Part shown: in pieces, positions 30,657 to 42,042 of the stretch
Layout: every line of letters starts with the position of its first letter
How positions within the stretch are numbered: position 1 is the stretch's first letter
DNA from: an uncultured delta proteobacterium
GTDB lineage: Bacteria > Desulfobacterota > Binatia > UBA9968
Direction: 5' to 3'
Assembly (NCBI GenBank): GCA_963816145.1
Contig: CAWFJP010000030.1
Span: forward strand, 256,001 to 320,000
Length of the DNA: 64,000 nucleotides
The notes under the pieces: model-generated
What the model saw: the letters and a program-made list of their open reading frames with translations, nothing else
Told to the model about the DNA's origin: nothing
Databases searched by the model: none
Program-made: the position numbers and the translations under genes

Positions 30657-31787
30657 ATGGCCACCGACCAGATCGATCTTAGCCGGCGCAACTTCCTCAA
30701 ACTGGCGGGAGCGGCCGCGGTGAGCTCGGCCGGGCTTATTTCCGGTTGCGCCACCACGGCGACAACATCTCAAACCGCCGCCAGCGCCATCGACATCCAC
30801 CATCATTATTTTGCGCCCGAGCTAATCGACGAGATCAAACAACATGGCAAGGCCCTGGGCGGCATCGAGCATTTCCCGCCAAAGCAGGTCAAAGAGAACC
30901 CCTATCGCATTCAATTTCCCAAGGGACGACCTTTCGCTCCCGATCCGCGCATGGCTGAGGTTCCCAATCGCCTCGATGCTATGACCAAGGGCCATGTCGG
31001 CATCGCCATGGTCGAAGTCCATACAGCCTCGGTCGGCTACGAGTTGGACGGCCCGCACGGCGAGACCTGGTCGAACATCTACAATGAGGCGATCATGAAT
31101 TTGGTCAAGCGCCACCCCAACCGCTTCGCCGGCATCGCTACCGTGCCGCTGCAAGATCCGCCGCGCGCCGCCAAGGTCTTGGAGCATGCGATCGTCAATC
31201 TCAAAATGTCCGGCGTCACGATCGCTTCCAATGTCGTCGGCAAGTATTTCGCCGACAAGAGCTTCGATCCTTTCTGGGCCAAGGCGCAGGAACTTGACGT
31301 GCTCATGATCATGCATCCGGAGTGGGTCGCCGGCGCCGACAAGATGGAACCCTACAGCCTGCGTAACATCTGCGGCAATCCGGCAGACACGACGCTCTCG
31401 GTCGCCTATATGATGTACGCCGGTGTCTTCGATCGCTTTCCCAATTTGAAACTCGGCTTACTCCACGGCGGCGGCTATATCCCGTATCATTTGGGTCGCT
31501 TGGACCAGGGCAAGACCGGAGGCTCAGGATCTTCTGCTATCCCCGCAAAATATCCACCGAGCCGATATCTCAAGAACCTCTACTTCGACAATCTCGTCTA
31601 TCGCGTCGAGACCGTCGAATATCTGAAACGCATGGTCGGCGCCGATCACATCATGGTCGGCACGGACTATCCCTTCGACCTCGGCGATTGGATGGCCGCG
31701 GAAAAGATTTACACGATGGAATGCAGCAGCGCCGAACGCGAAGCGATGCTGCACGGCAATGCCAGGAAACTCTTAAGAATCGCCTAG
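30657..31787 (+). CDS. Amidohydrolase_2 (ACMSD-like) with Tat signal and probable lipobox
   Basis: SRRNFLK...LISGC; IDIHHH, MHP, HGGGYIPY, GTDYPF. Confidence 0.85.
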   Translation: MATDQIDLSRRNFLKLAGAAAVSSAGLISGCATTATTSQTAASAIDIHHHYFAPELIDEIKQHGKALGGIEHFPPKQVKENPYRIQFPKGRPFAPDPRMAEVPNRLDAMTKGHVGIAMVEVHTASVGYELDGPHGETWSNIYNEAIMNLVKRHPNRFAGIATVPLQDPPRAAKVLEHAIVNLKMSGVTIASNVVGKYFADKSFDPFWAKAQELDVLMIMHPEWVAGADKMEPYSLRNICGNPADTTLSVAYMMYAGVFDRFPNLKLGLLHGGGYIPYHLGRLDQGKTGGSGSSAIPAKYPPSRYLKNLYFDNLVYRVETVEYLKRMVGADHIMVGTDYPFDLGDWMAAEKIYTMECSSAEREAMLHGNARKLLRIA

Positions 31788-31821
31788 TGCACGACTGATC
31801 CCAAAAGAATCGCCGAAGCCA

Positions 31822-33613
31822 ATGTTGCGGGGAATTGAATTTTGCATACGCGCCCTGGCATTGGTGTTGCTGCTCCACGCCGCCGCATTGGCGCAAGATA
31901 CAGGCGCCAACGACGCCGCCAAGGCATTGCACACCCTCTTCGCCGCGGACTGGGACTACCAAATGGAGCAGCACCCAACCTGGGCGTCTGCTTTGGGCGA
32001 TCGGCGTTGGAACGAGCGCTGGAGCGATGTCAGCCTAGACGCAATATTCAAACGGCACGCACACGCCGTCGAGATCCTGGACCATCTGACGAAGATCAAG
32101 CGCGGCGCGCTGACGCCGGCGGATCAACTCAACTACGACCTGTTCAAGAGAGATTATGAAAACGACGTCGAAGGATTTCAGTACCGCTGGTATTTGCTGC
32201 CACTCAATCAGCTTGGCGGGGTTCATACCTTAAATCAACTAGTCGATGTGCTGCGTTTCCAGACGGTGAAAGATTACGACGACTGGATCGGCAGACTTAA
32301 CGGATTACCGACACTTGTCGATCAGACCATCTACTCTGATGCGTTTGGGGATCAAAAACGGCATCGTTCACCCGAAGATCGTCCTGCAGCGCGTGCCAGC
32401 CCAGATCGACCATCACATCGTCAACGATCCGAAGGCGAGTCTGTTTTATGCACCCTTCAAAAAGTTTCCGTCGCCGATAACTGCAGCGGACCGAGCACGG
32501 CTCGCGCAAGCCGCCGAAAACGCCATCGCTAACGCCGTGATTCCAGCCTATCAGAGGTTGAAAGACTTTATCGTCAACGACTACCTCCCCGCTGCGCCTT
32601 CTCAAGTGGGCATCTGGCAGTTCCCCGATGGAGCGGCGATGTACGCGTACGCCGCGCGCTCCAACAGCACGACGGATCTCGCGCCGCAGAAGATCCATGA
32701 AATCGGTTTGGATGAGGTCAAGCGTATCCGTACCGAAATGCAAGCCATCATTGACAAGTTAGGCTTTAAGGGCTCATTCGGCGAATTTGCCAAGTTTCTG
32801 CGCAACGATCCAAATTTTTACTTCAAAAGCGAGGCCGAGTTACTCGACGGTTACCGCGCCCTGAGCCGGCGCATCGATCCGTTGCTCGTAAAAATTTTTG
32901 GCGTCCTGCCGCGCACGCCTTATGGCATCGAGCCGGTGCCGGCAAATATCGCACCCGATAGCCCCGTCGGCCTCTACCGCGGTCCGGCCGCCGACGGTTC
33001 CCGCGCCGGCATTTTCAGCGTCAATACGTTCAAACCGGAGATCAGACCGAAGTACGAAATGATGGCGCTATCGCTGCACGAAGGCGTGCCCGGACATCAC
33101 CTGCAAATTGCTCTGGCCATGGAGCAACAAGGCATCCCCAATTTTCGCCGTTACGGCGGCTACACGGCGTTTGTCGAAGGTTGGGGACTGTACGCGGAAT
33201 CGCTCGGCGATGAGATGGGTTTGTACGACGATCCCTATTCTAAATTCGGCCAGCTCATGTATGAAATCTGGCGCGCCAGCCGGCTGGTCGTCGACACCGG
33301 CATCCACTATTTCCATTGGGATCGACAGAAGGCCATCGACTTCATGCTGGAAAACACCGTGAAACAGGAATTGGAAGTGGCCGCTGAAATCGACCGCTAC
33401 ATCGTCTGGCCCGGCCAAGCGCTCGCTTACAAGATCGGTCAGCTGAAGATCTCTGAGCTGCGCGCCAAAGCCAAGCAAACTCTAGGCGACAAATTCGACA
33501 TCCGCCGCTTCCACGACGAAGTGCTCAGAGATGGCGCCATGCCGTTGGATCGGTTGGAGTCTAAGATGAATGCATGGCTCGCAAAGCAGCAACAATCGGA
33601 AACTAAACCGTAA
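31822..33613 (+). CDS. DUF885 family secreted metallopeptidase-like protein, split by a +1 frameshift at ~32332
   Basis: N-part in ORF 31822..32532 and C-part in ORF 32315..33613 with HEGVPGHHLQ, EGWGLYAE, PGQALAYKIG; ACC ATC T ACT CTG carries an extra T. Confidence 0.85.
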
Positions 33614-33711
33614 CGGCGCGAATCGACGTGACGAACGCTCGACGTCGACTTTACGCTAAGAGAGACTATGACCTGCCGAGTGATGCAAACGAAAAGAACT
33701 CGAAAGATTTT

Positions 33712-35637
33712 ATGACAGCCATCGTTTCCCCCTTCGGTTCATGGAAGTCGCCGATCACCGCCGAAATCGTCGGCAGCGGCGAGATCGGCCTGGAACAGCT
33801 ACGCATCGATGGCCATGACATCTATTGGATCGAGCGGCGCGCCCAGGAAGGCGGCCGTAAGGTAATCGTGCGGCGCTCTGCAACCGGAGAAATCATCGAT
33901 CTCACACCCGCGGGATTCAACGCGCGCACCCGCGTGCACGAATACGGCGGCGGCGATTACGCGGTTTCCAAAGAGACCATCGTCTTTTCCAACTTCGCCG
34001 ACCAACGGCTTTACCTCCAAGCCAATGACGCACAACCGCGGCCGCTAACCCCCAGTGCTGCGCACCGTTTTGCCGATGGACAATTCGATCGGCGAAGAAA
34101 TCTTTATTATACCGTCCGCGAGGATCATTCCGGTCATGGCGAAGCCATCAACACCTTGGCTACGCTCGACCTCGACAGCGACAATACCGGCACAATCATC
34201 CATTCGGGCAACGACTTCTATGCGTCGCCGCGTCTGCGTCCGGATGGTTCACAACTAGCCTGGCTCAGCTGGAACCATCCCAACATGCCCTGGGATGGCA
34301 CCGAGCTTTGGCTCGGGCAGTTAAACGGCGACGGCTCGGTGGGCGAGCGCCAGTGCATCGCCGGTGGCGCAAATGAATCCATCTGCCAGCCGCAATGGTC
34401 GCCCGACGGCACGCTCTATTTCATCTCCGATCGCAACGGCTGGTGGAATCTCCATCGCTGGAATGAAAATCAAATTGAAGCGCTCTGCCCAATGGAAGCG
34501 GAGTTCGGCCAACCGCAGTGGGTGTTTGGCGGTTCGCTCTACGGCTTCGCGTCCGAAAGGCAAATCATCTGTAGCTACAGCAAAAACGGCATTGATCATC
34601 TCGCCACACTGGACGTGGCCACCAAGATATTGCGCGATATCGAACTGCCGTATACGGCAATTTCCCAAGTTCGCGTTGCTGGAGGGCGCGTCCTCTTCAT
34701 CGGCGCATGCGGAACGGAAAGCAGCGCGGTTATCGCACTGGATCTATCAACGCGACAGTTCGAAGTTTTGCGCAGATCGCGCGATACGGCTGTCGACGCC
34801 GGCTATCTTTCCGAAGCGAGAGCCATCGAATTCCCAACCGAACAGGGTTTAACCGCGCACGGCTATTTCTACCCGCCGAAGAATTGCGACTACGCCGCGC
34901 CGGCAAACGACAAACCACCGCTACTGGTCATGAGCCATGGCGGGCCGACCTCTTCCAGCTCCGCATCCTTGAAATATTCGATTCAGTATTGGACCAGCCG
35001 CGGCATCGCCGTGCTTGACGTCAACTATGGCGGCAGCGCCGGCTACGGTCGGGCGTACCGAGAACGATTGAACGGAAGCTGGGGCATTATTGACGTCGAC
35101 GACTGCGCCAACGGCGCGCGCTACCTCGCAGAGCGCGGCGAAGTCGACGCCAATCGCCTCGCGATCCGCGGCGGCAGTGCCGGCGGCTATACGACGCTGT
35201 GCGCGCTCACATTCCGCAATGTTTTCAAGGCCGGCGCCAGCCACTACGGCATCAGCGACTTGGAAGCCCTAGTGAAAGACACGCACAAATTCGAGTCGCG
35301 CTATTGCGACAGGCTCATCGGACCCTACCCTGAGCGACGCGACCTCTACGTCGCGCGTTCGCCGATCCATTTCACGAAGAAATTAAATTGCCCCATGATC
35401 ATCTTCCAAGGTTTGGAAGATAAAGTCGTGCCGCCCAACCAAGCCGAGATAATGGTCGCCGCCGTCCGCGCCAAGAAACTCCCTGTCGCCTATCTGACGT
35501 TCGAAGGCGAACAGCACGGCTTCCGCAAAGCCGAGAACATCAAGCGCGTGCTGGAGGCGGAGCTGTATTTCTACTCGAAGGTGTTCGGGTTCGAATTGGC
35601 CGATCCGATCGAGCCGGTCGAGATCGAGAACCTTTAA
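33712..35637 (+). CDS. S9 family peptidase (prolyl oligopeptidase/acylaminoacyl peptidase-like)
   Basis: PFGSWKSPI, HGGPT, GGSAGG, QGLEDKVV, EGEQHGF. Confidence 0.92.
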   Translation: MTAIVSPFGSWKSPITAEIVGSGEIGLEQLRIDGHDIYWIERRAQEGGRKVIVRRSATGEIIDLTPAGFNARTRVHEYGGGDYAVSKETIVFSNFADQRLYLQANDAQPRPLTPSAAHRFADGQFDRRRNLYYTVREDHSGHGEAINTLATLDLDSDNTGTIIHSGNDFYASPRLRPDGSQLAWLSWNHPNMPWDGTELWLGQLNGDGSVGERQCIAGGANESICQPQWSPDGTLYFISDRNGWWNLHRWNENQIEALCPMEAEFGQPQWVFGGSLYGFASERQIICSYSKNGIDHLATLDVATKILRDIELPYTAISQVRVAGGRVLFIGACGTESSAVIALDLSTRQFEVLRRSRDTAVDAGYLSEARAIEFPTEQGLTAHGYFYPPKNCDYAAPANDKPPLLVMSHGGPTSSSSASLKYSIQYWTSRGIAVLDVNYGGSAGYGRAYRERLNGSWGIIDVDDCANGARYLAERGEVDANRLAIRGGSAGGYTTLCALTFRNVFKAGASHYGISDLEALVKDTHKFESRYCDRLIGPYPERRDLYVARSPIHFTKKLNCPMIIFQGLEDKVVPPNQAEIMVAAVRAKKLPVAYLTFEGEQHGFRKAENIKRVLEAELYFYSKVFGFELADPIEPVEIENL

Positions 35638-35751
35638 ACTGCGCGCTCGGTTTCGCAACTCGATTTTTTCGTCATTCCGGGCAAGCTGGCGATGGCTAGC
35701 GCGACCCGAAATCCGGCGAGGAGGCGCGGCGGTCCCGGACTTCCCTCCGCT

Positions 35752-35883
35752 GAGGCTGTGTCGTAATGCGCAAATGCCCCGCATCTGTCATCCCGAGCGC
35801 GGCGAGGGATCTCGTGTTCTCAGTCACATACGAAGAAGAGATTCCTCGGCTTCACCTCGGAATGACAGTTGCGAGACAGTCTC
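35752..35883. repeat. TGTC-type REP dimer (35785-35868) nested in a second pair of inverted ends
   Basis: Inner CTGTCATCCCGAG...CTCGGAATGACAG; outer GAGGCTGTGTCGTAAT / GTTGCGAGACAGTCTC (12 of 16 complementary). Confidence 0.7.
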
Positions 35884-36068
35884 CCCAGCGGGTTGGCGCA
35901 AGCCACCAGCTATCTGTGTTAACATGAGTCCATAGATTCCCGGTTGGGAACCAAGTCAATGAAGGTTATGCGACACGACACACCAGCGAGCTTTCTCGGT
36001 CGGGCAAAAAATCGGCGACCGAGCGGTTTGCGAAGTGCAGGATTGGATCTTTGAATCGAAGGCTATCC

Positions 36069-37262
36069 ATGTACGATGTAACCAGACACGAACCGCTTAT
36101 TGAGGCAGAATGGAATCAGGAACTGGCACTTGCGGCGATCGATCGGATCATCCGAGATACTCACGCGCGGTTTGATCGGCAACAACTTTGGCCAATTCAC
36201 CCTCTCGACAAAATATCCGACGAACCGACAAAGCCTTTCAGGATGCTCTATTTCGGCGCGGCAGGAGTGATATGGGCGCTGGACTACTTACGGGTCGCTG
36301 GGGCGACCGCGATGCAACGCGATTTCAAAGACACGCTCATCGACCTTGCCGCGAAGAATCGTGCCGAAATGCAGCTGCGTGCCCCGCACACCTACTCGTA
36401 CCTCATGGGCGATGTCGGGATTCAACTAGTGCAATGGCGCCTCTCGCCCAGCGATGTTTTGGCGGATCAAATCTTTCAAGCCGTCGAGGCCAACGTGGCC
36501 AACCCAGCGAGGGAATTTATGTGGGGCGCGCCAGGAACTATGCTAGCTGCGCTCTTTATGTTTGAAGCGAGCGGAGCTACGCGCTGGAAGGAAGTTTATT
36601 TGCAAAGCGTTGAACAACTCGTTGGCGAACTTAGAAAGAACGAGGAGCGCAACTGCTACGTCTGGATCCAGCACCTCTATGGCCGGTCGAGCGTGTATCT
36701 TGGAGCGGTTCACGGTTTTGCAGCAAATATTTTTTCAATCATCAAAGGTCGCAAATATCTTGACTCACAGACCCTATCACTCGTCGAGTCACGGGCTCGG
36801 GAAACCGCCGCACGTAGCGCGCAAACCGATTATGTCTGCGCCAATTGGCCCGCGGACCTGGGTGGCACAAGCAAACTCGTTCAACATTGTCATGGCGCGC
36901 CCGGCATGATCACCTGCCTTGCGGACTTGCCGTCCGGCCCGGCCGAGGAATTCGATCGATTGCTGATAAAAGCCGGCGAACTTATATGGCAAGCCGGCCC
37001 GTTGACGAAAGGCCCAAACCTCTGTCACGGCACCGCTGGCAACGGCTATGCTTTTTTAAAACTCTATCGGAGAACCGGCGACACGAAGTGGCTCGAACGC
37101 GCCCGCGCATTTGCGACGCACGCCATTGACCAGAGTGAGCGGCATGCCCAAAACTTCGGCCAGCGGCGTTACTCGCTTTGGACCGGCGACCTTGGGCTTG
37201 CCGTCTATCTGTGGGACTGCATGAGCGGCGAAGCTCGGTTTCCAACCATGGATATTTTCTGA
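36069..37262 (+). CDS. Orphan LanC-like (lanthionine synthetase C-like) protein
   Basis: LGAVHG, QHCHGAPG, NLCHGTAGN (Zn ligands), SLWTGDLG. Confidence 0.88.
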   Translation: MYDVTRHEPLIEAEWNQELALAAIDRIIRDTHARFDRQQLWPIHPLDKISDEPTKPFRMLYFGAAGVIWALDYLRVAGATAMQRDFKDTLIDLAAKNRAEMQLRAPHTYSYLMGDVGIQLVQWRLSPSDVLADQIFQAVEANVANPAREFMWGAPGTMLAALFMFEASGATRWKEVYLQSVEQLVGELRKNEERNCYVWIQHLYGRSSVYLGAVHGFAANIFSIIKGRKYLDSQTLSLVESRARETAARSAQTDYVCANWPADLGGTSKLVQHCHGAPGMITCLADLPSGPAEEFDRLLIKAGELIWQAGPLTKGPNLCHGTAGNGYAFLKLYRRTGDTKWLERARAFATHAIDQSERHAQNFGQRRYSLWTGDLGLAVYLWDCMSGEARFPTMDIF

Positions 37263-37966
37263 TGAAGATCTGCGCGGTCATCTTCGACTTATTCGGCACC
37301 ATCGTCGAGGACTTCGCCGCGGCTTCGGCTGGTTCGAACCATGCCGAATTTCCGGCAGCGCTGGGCGTAGCCTACGATCCTTTTATGCAACACTGGCGAC
37401 AACTAACGAACCGGCGGAGCCTGGGCGAATTTCAAACCATCGAAGCGAGCATCGAGCATGTTTGCAATATCATCGGCGCAAGGGTAACTGCCGAGCAAAT
37501 GACGAAAGCTGTCGCAATCCGCTTGCAACTAACCCGACGCGCGCTGACGCCACGAGCCGACGCGGTCACAACTCTGGCACAACTAAGAAACGACGGCTTC
37601 AAGATCGGCCTGCTCAGCAATTGCTCCATCGAAATCCCCATGGTCTGGCCTGAGACGGAATTTGCCGACCTGTTTCATGCCACAATCTTATCCAGCCGGG
37701 AGCGGATCAAGAAACCTGCGCGGCAGATCTATATGCTCGCCTGCGAACGCCTCGGCGTCGAACCTGAAGAATGCATCTACGTCGCCGACGGAGAAAATCA
37801 CGAACTCAGAGCCGCCGCCGATTTCGGCATGAACCCGGTATTGATACGAGCGAATTCGCATCAGCCTCAAGGTGAAGTGCGCCAGGAGGCGCGGGAGTGG
37901 CAAGGCCTGACGATTTCAACTCTGTCGGAAATTTTGCGCCTTACCGACAAGAACAACGCTTGGTGA
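37262..37966 (+). CDS. HAD-family hydrolase
   Basis: VIFDLFGT, LLSN, KKP, YVADG; TGATG overlap with the LanC-like gene. Confidence 0.85.
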   Translation: MKICAVIFDLFGTIVEDFAAASAGSNHAEFPAALGVAYDPFMQHWRQLTNRRSLGEFQTIEASIEHVCNIIGARVTAEQMTKAVAIRLQLTRRALTPRADAVTTLAQLRNDGFKIGLLSNCSIEIPMVWPETEFADLFHATILSSRERIKKPARQIYMLACERLGVEPEECIYVADGENHELRAAADFGMNPVLIRANSHQPQGEVRQEAREWQGLTISTLSEILRLTDKNNAW

Positions 37967-37990
37967 CTTCGGTATGCTTAGTCCTTGCCT

Positions 37991-38482
37991 ATGATCATCC
38001 GCGATGCCACGGAAAGCGATCTGCCGGAAATAATCGCCATCTACAACGCATCGGTTCCCGGGCGTACCGCCACCGCCGATACGCAACCGGTCACAGTTGA
38101 GAGTCGACGAGCCTGGTTTCATGAACATCATCCAACCACGCGCCCGCTTTGGGTCGCTACTGAAAATAACGCCGTCGCCGGCTGGCTCAGCTTCCAATCG
38201 TACTACGGGCGGCCTGCCTATCATGCCACTGCTGAGATGAGCATTTACGTCGCCGCGGATTTTCAGCGTAAGGGAATTGGCAACGCGCTCCTGGCCAAGG
38301 CGATCGAGCATGGGCCACGATTGGGATTGAAGACTCTCCTCGGCTTTATCTTCGGTCACAACGTCGCGAGCCTGCGGCTGTTCGAGACGCTCGGCTTTCA
38401 ACGTTGGGGCGTTTTGCCGCGCGTCGCCGAGATCGACGGCGTCGAGCGCGATCTAATCATTGTCGGCCGTCGAACAGCCTAG
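37991..38482 (+). CDS. GNAT N-acetyltransferase (phosphinothricin/methionine-sulfoximine acetyltransferase-like)
   Basis: IRDATESDLPEIIAIYN, RPAYHATAE.SIYV, QRKGIG, NVASLRLF. Confidence 0.88.
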   Translation: MIIRDATESDLPEIIAIYNASVPGRTATADTQPVTVESRRAWFHEHHPTTRPLWVATENNAVAGWLSFQSYYGRPAYHATAEMSIYVAADFQRKGIGNALLAKAIEHGPRLGLKTLLGFIFGHNVASLRLFETLGFQRWGVLPRVAEIDGVERDLIIVGRRTA

Positions 38483-38491
38483 CCGCGACCA

Positions 38492-39214
38492 TTGGATAAC
38501 TACGACAAATTTTTCAAATTCTACGACCGGGTCATGGGCGATCGATCGCAGGCTGCGAACTATATTGCCAATCTAATCGAACACTATCACCCAAACGCAA
38601 AAACGCTGTTGGAAATTGGCTGCGGCACCGGCGGACTATTGGGCCGGTTTTCAGAATCCTACGATGTCACCGGCCTCGATCGCTCTCGGCCCATGCTCGC
38701 GATCGCGCGACAAAGATTGCCGCATATTCGCCTGCTCCGGCAGGATATGACGAGTTTCCAAATCAATCGCCGATTTGACGCCGTGGTCTGCGCCTTCGAC
38801 TCGATCAATCACTTACATCGGTTTTCCGACTGGAAGAAAACCTTTCGCTGCGTCGCCGCCCATCTCAATGCCGGCGGCGTTTTTGTCTTTGACGTGAATA
38901 CTATCGGCAAACTGCAACGTTTGGTCAAAGGCCCGCCGTGGGTTAAACAGTTCGGGCGGGATCTAGTGATCATCAAAGTAAACGGTGGGCGTGCCGGCGT
39001 CTTCGCATGGGACGTGAAAATCTTTGAGCACCAAAAAAGAGACGACTATAAACTCATCGGCGAGACTATCGAAGAAACCGCCTATCCGATGCAGCGCATT
39101 TTAACTTCTTTGCGAAGCTATTTTCGACAAGTCAAAGCGTTCGACCCCGAAGGCGCGCGGCCATCGGATCAGTCGGAGCGGTTGTATTTCGTGGGCAACG
39201 CCGGACCTGATTGA
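38492..39214 (+). CDS. Class I SAM-dependent methyltransferase
   Basis: LLEIGCGTG, GLDRS, QDMTSF, FDSINHL, GGVFVFD. Confidence 0.88.
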   Translation: MDNYDKFFKFYDRVMGDRSQAANYIANLIEHYHPNAKTLLEIGCGTGGLLGRFSESYDVTGLDRSRPMLAIARQRLPHIRLLRQDMTSFQINRRFDAVVCAFDSINHLHRFSDWKKTFRCVAAHLNAGGVFVFDVNTIGKLQRLVKGPPWVKQFGRDLVIIKVNGGRAGVFAWDVKIFEHQKRDDYKLIGETIEETAYPMQRILTSLRSYFRQVKAFDPEGARPSDQSERLYFVGNAGPD

Positions 39215-39361
39215 GAACAAAGGCCAACTGTGGCGAGTTGGCCCCTTCGGCGCTTAAGTTTTGCCGCGGCGGTGTGTTATGCTGCCGCTCTGAAAACCGG
39301 ATGGCCCTCGGCCTTAAGCCAAGGAGATTGAATTTGTCGACTGGAAGACGTCTCCTCCTTT

Positions 39362-39425
39362 CGTCATTCCGGCGCAGGCCGGAATCCAGGTTTTTTTGGC
39401 CTTGTAGCACAAGTGCCGGCATGAC
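39362..39425. repeat. CGTC-type REP element
   Basis: CGTCATTCCGGCGCAGGCCGGAATCC...GCCGGCATGAC. Confidence 0.75.
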
Positions 39426-39502
39426 AAACCTTTTCTTCGCCTGAAGGCGCGGGATTTCAACCATCCCCGAAAGGGACATTAATTTTGAAGTAGGCGCTTA
39501 CA

Positions 39503-40675
<1,173 letters not shown>

Positions 40676-40759
40676 AAATTACCGTGACCGTGTTCGTGGT
40701 TCGTGATCGTGCCGGAAAGAACTCGATCGGTTTATTCGTAATCTAGAAGGAAATTTTCG

Positions 40760-41932
40760 ATGAACCAACAGCTCGCCAATTTTTTAGTCAAGGGCGGCCG
40801 CCTCATCGACCCCGAGGGGAGCCATGATGGCTCGTTAGACATTCGCGTTCGCGACGGCAAGATTGACGCTATCGGCGCGAATCTCGCTGCTGGCGGTGCC
40901 GTTGTTATCGACGCCAAGGATTGCGTCGTCACGCCCGGATTGATCGACGTCCACCTCCACTTGATGAAAGGCCTTGGCGCCTTCGGTGTCGACCCGGATA
41001 TTTTCGGCGTTGGCTCCGGCGTGACGACTGTCGTCGACGCCGGCAGCGCCGGCCACACGCTGCTCAATGTATTTCGTAACTACGTCACCGACAACGCCAA
41101 GACCCGCGTGCTCAATTACATCAATCTGTCGACCCTTGGCGGCGTCAGCGGCCCCGGCTATAGCATCCTCGCCGACCCGCGTTTGATCGATGAAGCGAAG
41201 ATCGAGCAGGCGGTCGAAGCCAACCGCGACATCATTGTCGGCATCAAGATCATCGCCACCGGCGGCGCGCTGGGAGTTCAAGGATTAAAACCGCTCGAGC
41301 GCGCCCGCAAGCTGGGCGATTCGCTCAAAATCCCTTTGCTAATTCATATCGGCGAGAGCTGGACCAAAGGCACCGAACCGATCGCCATCGGCGACGTGCT
41401 CAAGTACCTCGTCCCCGGCGACATCATCACGCATATGTTCACCGTGCACCCGGGCGGTTTGCTCGACGCCAACGGCAAACTGTGGCCACAAGTACGCGAT
41501 GCCAAGGCAACCGGCGTACTCATGGACGTGGGCCATGGGCTGCACAATTTGAACTTCGACGTGGCGCGCAAAGTGCTCGACCAGGGGCTTCAGCCCGACG
41601 GCGTCTCCACCGACGGCCACCGCGGCAACCGCTCCGGCCCGGTGTACGATCTACCGACGACCATGGCTAAACTTATGGCGCTGGGGTTCTCTCTGAATCA
41701 GGTCGTCGAGATGGCAACGGCGAACGCCGCGAAACTGCTCGGACGAGCCGGCCAACTCGGCACCCTGCGCGCTGGCGATTCAGCGGAGATCTCGGTTTTG
41801 AAAATTGAAGACCGCGAGTGGCAGGCACTCGACTCGCAGAAGGGAATGATCCCCGCCAAGCAGACCATTACACCAGTCTATGCCATCCGCGGCGATATGA
41901 TCTACGAACCACTCCCGGCAAACAGACCATGA
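40760..41932 (+). CDS. Amidohydrolase/deacetylase (dihydroorotase-like) metallohydrolase
   Basis: PGLIDVHLH, GVTTVVDAGSAG, DVGHG, STDGH. Confidence 0.85.
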   Translation: MNQQLANFLVKGGRLIDPEGSHDGSLDIRVRDGKIDAIGANLAAGGAVVIDAKDCVVTPGLIDVHLHLMKGLGAFGVDPDIFGVGSGVTTVVDAGSAGHTLLNVFRNYVTDNAKTRVLNYINLSTLGGVSGPGYSILADPRLIDEAKIEQAVEANRDIIVGIKIIATGGALGVQGLKPLERARKLGDSLKIPLLIHIGESWTKGTEPIAIGDVLKYLVPGDIITHMFTVHPGGLLDANGKLWPQVRDAKATGVLMDVGHGLHNLNFDVARKVLDQGLQPDGVSTDGHRGNRSGPVYDLPTTMAKLMALGFSLNQVVEMATANAAKLLGRAGQLGTLRAGDSAEISVLKIEDREWQALDSQKGMIPAKQTITPVYAIRGDMIYEPLPANRP

Positions 41933-41940
41933 AGAAGGAA

Positions 41941-42034
41941 CGGCCGCAAAGAACTCATAGGACGCAAAAAAACTAATGGCGGGTGTTGAACCCGTCATTA
42001 CTGAGCATTTGCGCTTTTTGCGTTCTTTGCGGCC
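41941..42034. repeat. Palindromic element with 9-bp-period inverted ends
   Basis: GGCCGCAAAGAACTCATAGGACGCAA ... TTGCGCTTTTTGCGTTCTTTGCGGCC, between convergent genes. Confidence 0.7.
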
Positions 42035-42042
42035 AACCAATC

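Noticed and set aside
35640-36068. Possible lanthipeptide precursor upstream of the LanC-like gene
   Set aside because: The region is mostly REP-like repeats; the only short ORF (MKVMRHDTPASF...) has no Cys, and no dehydratase is present.
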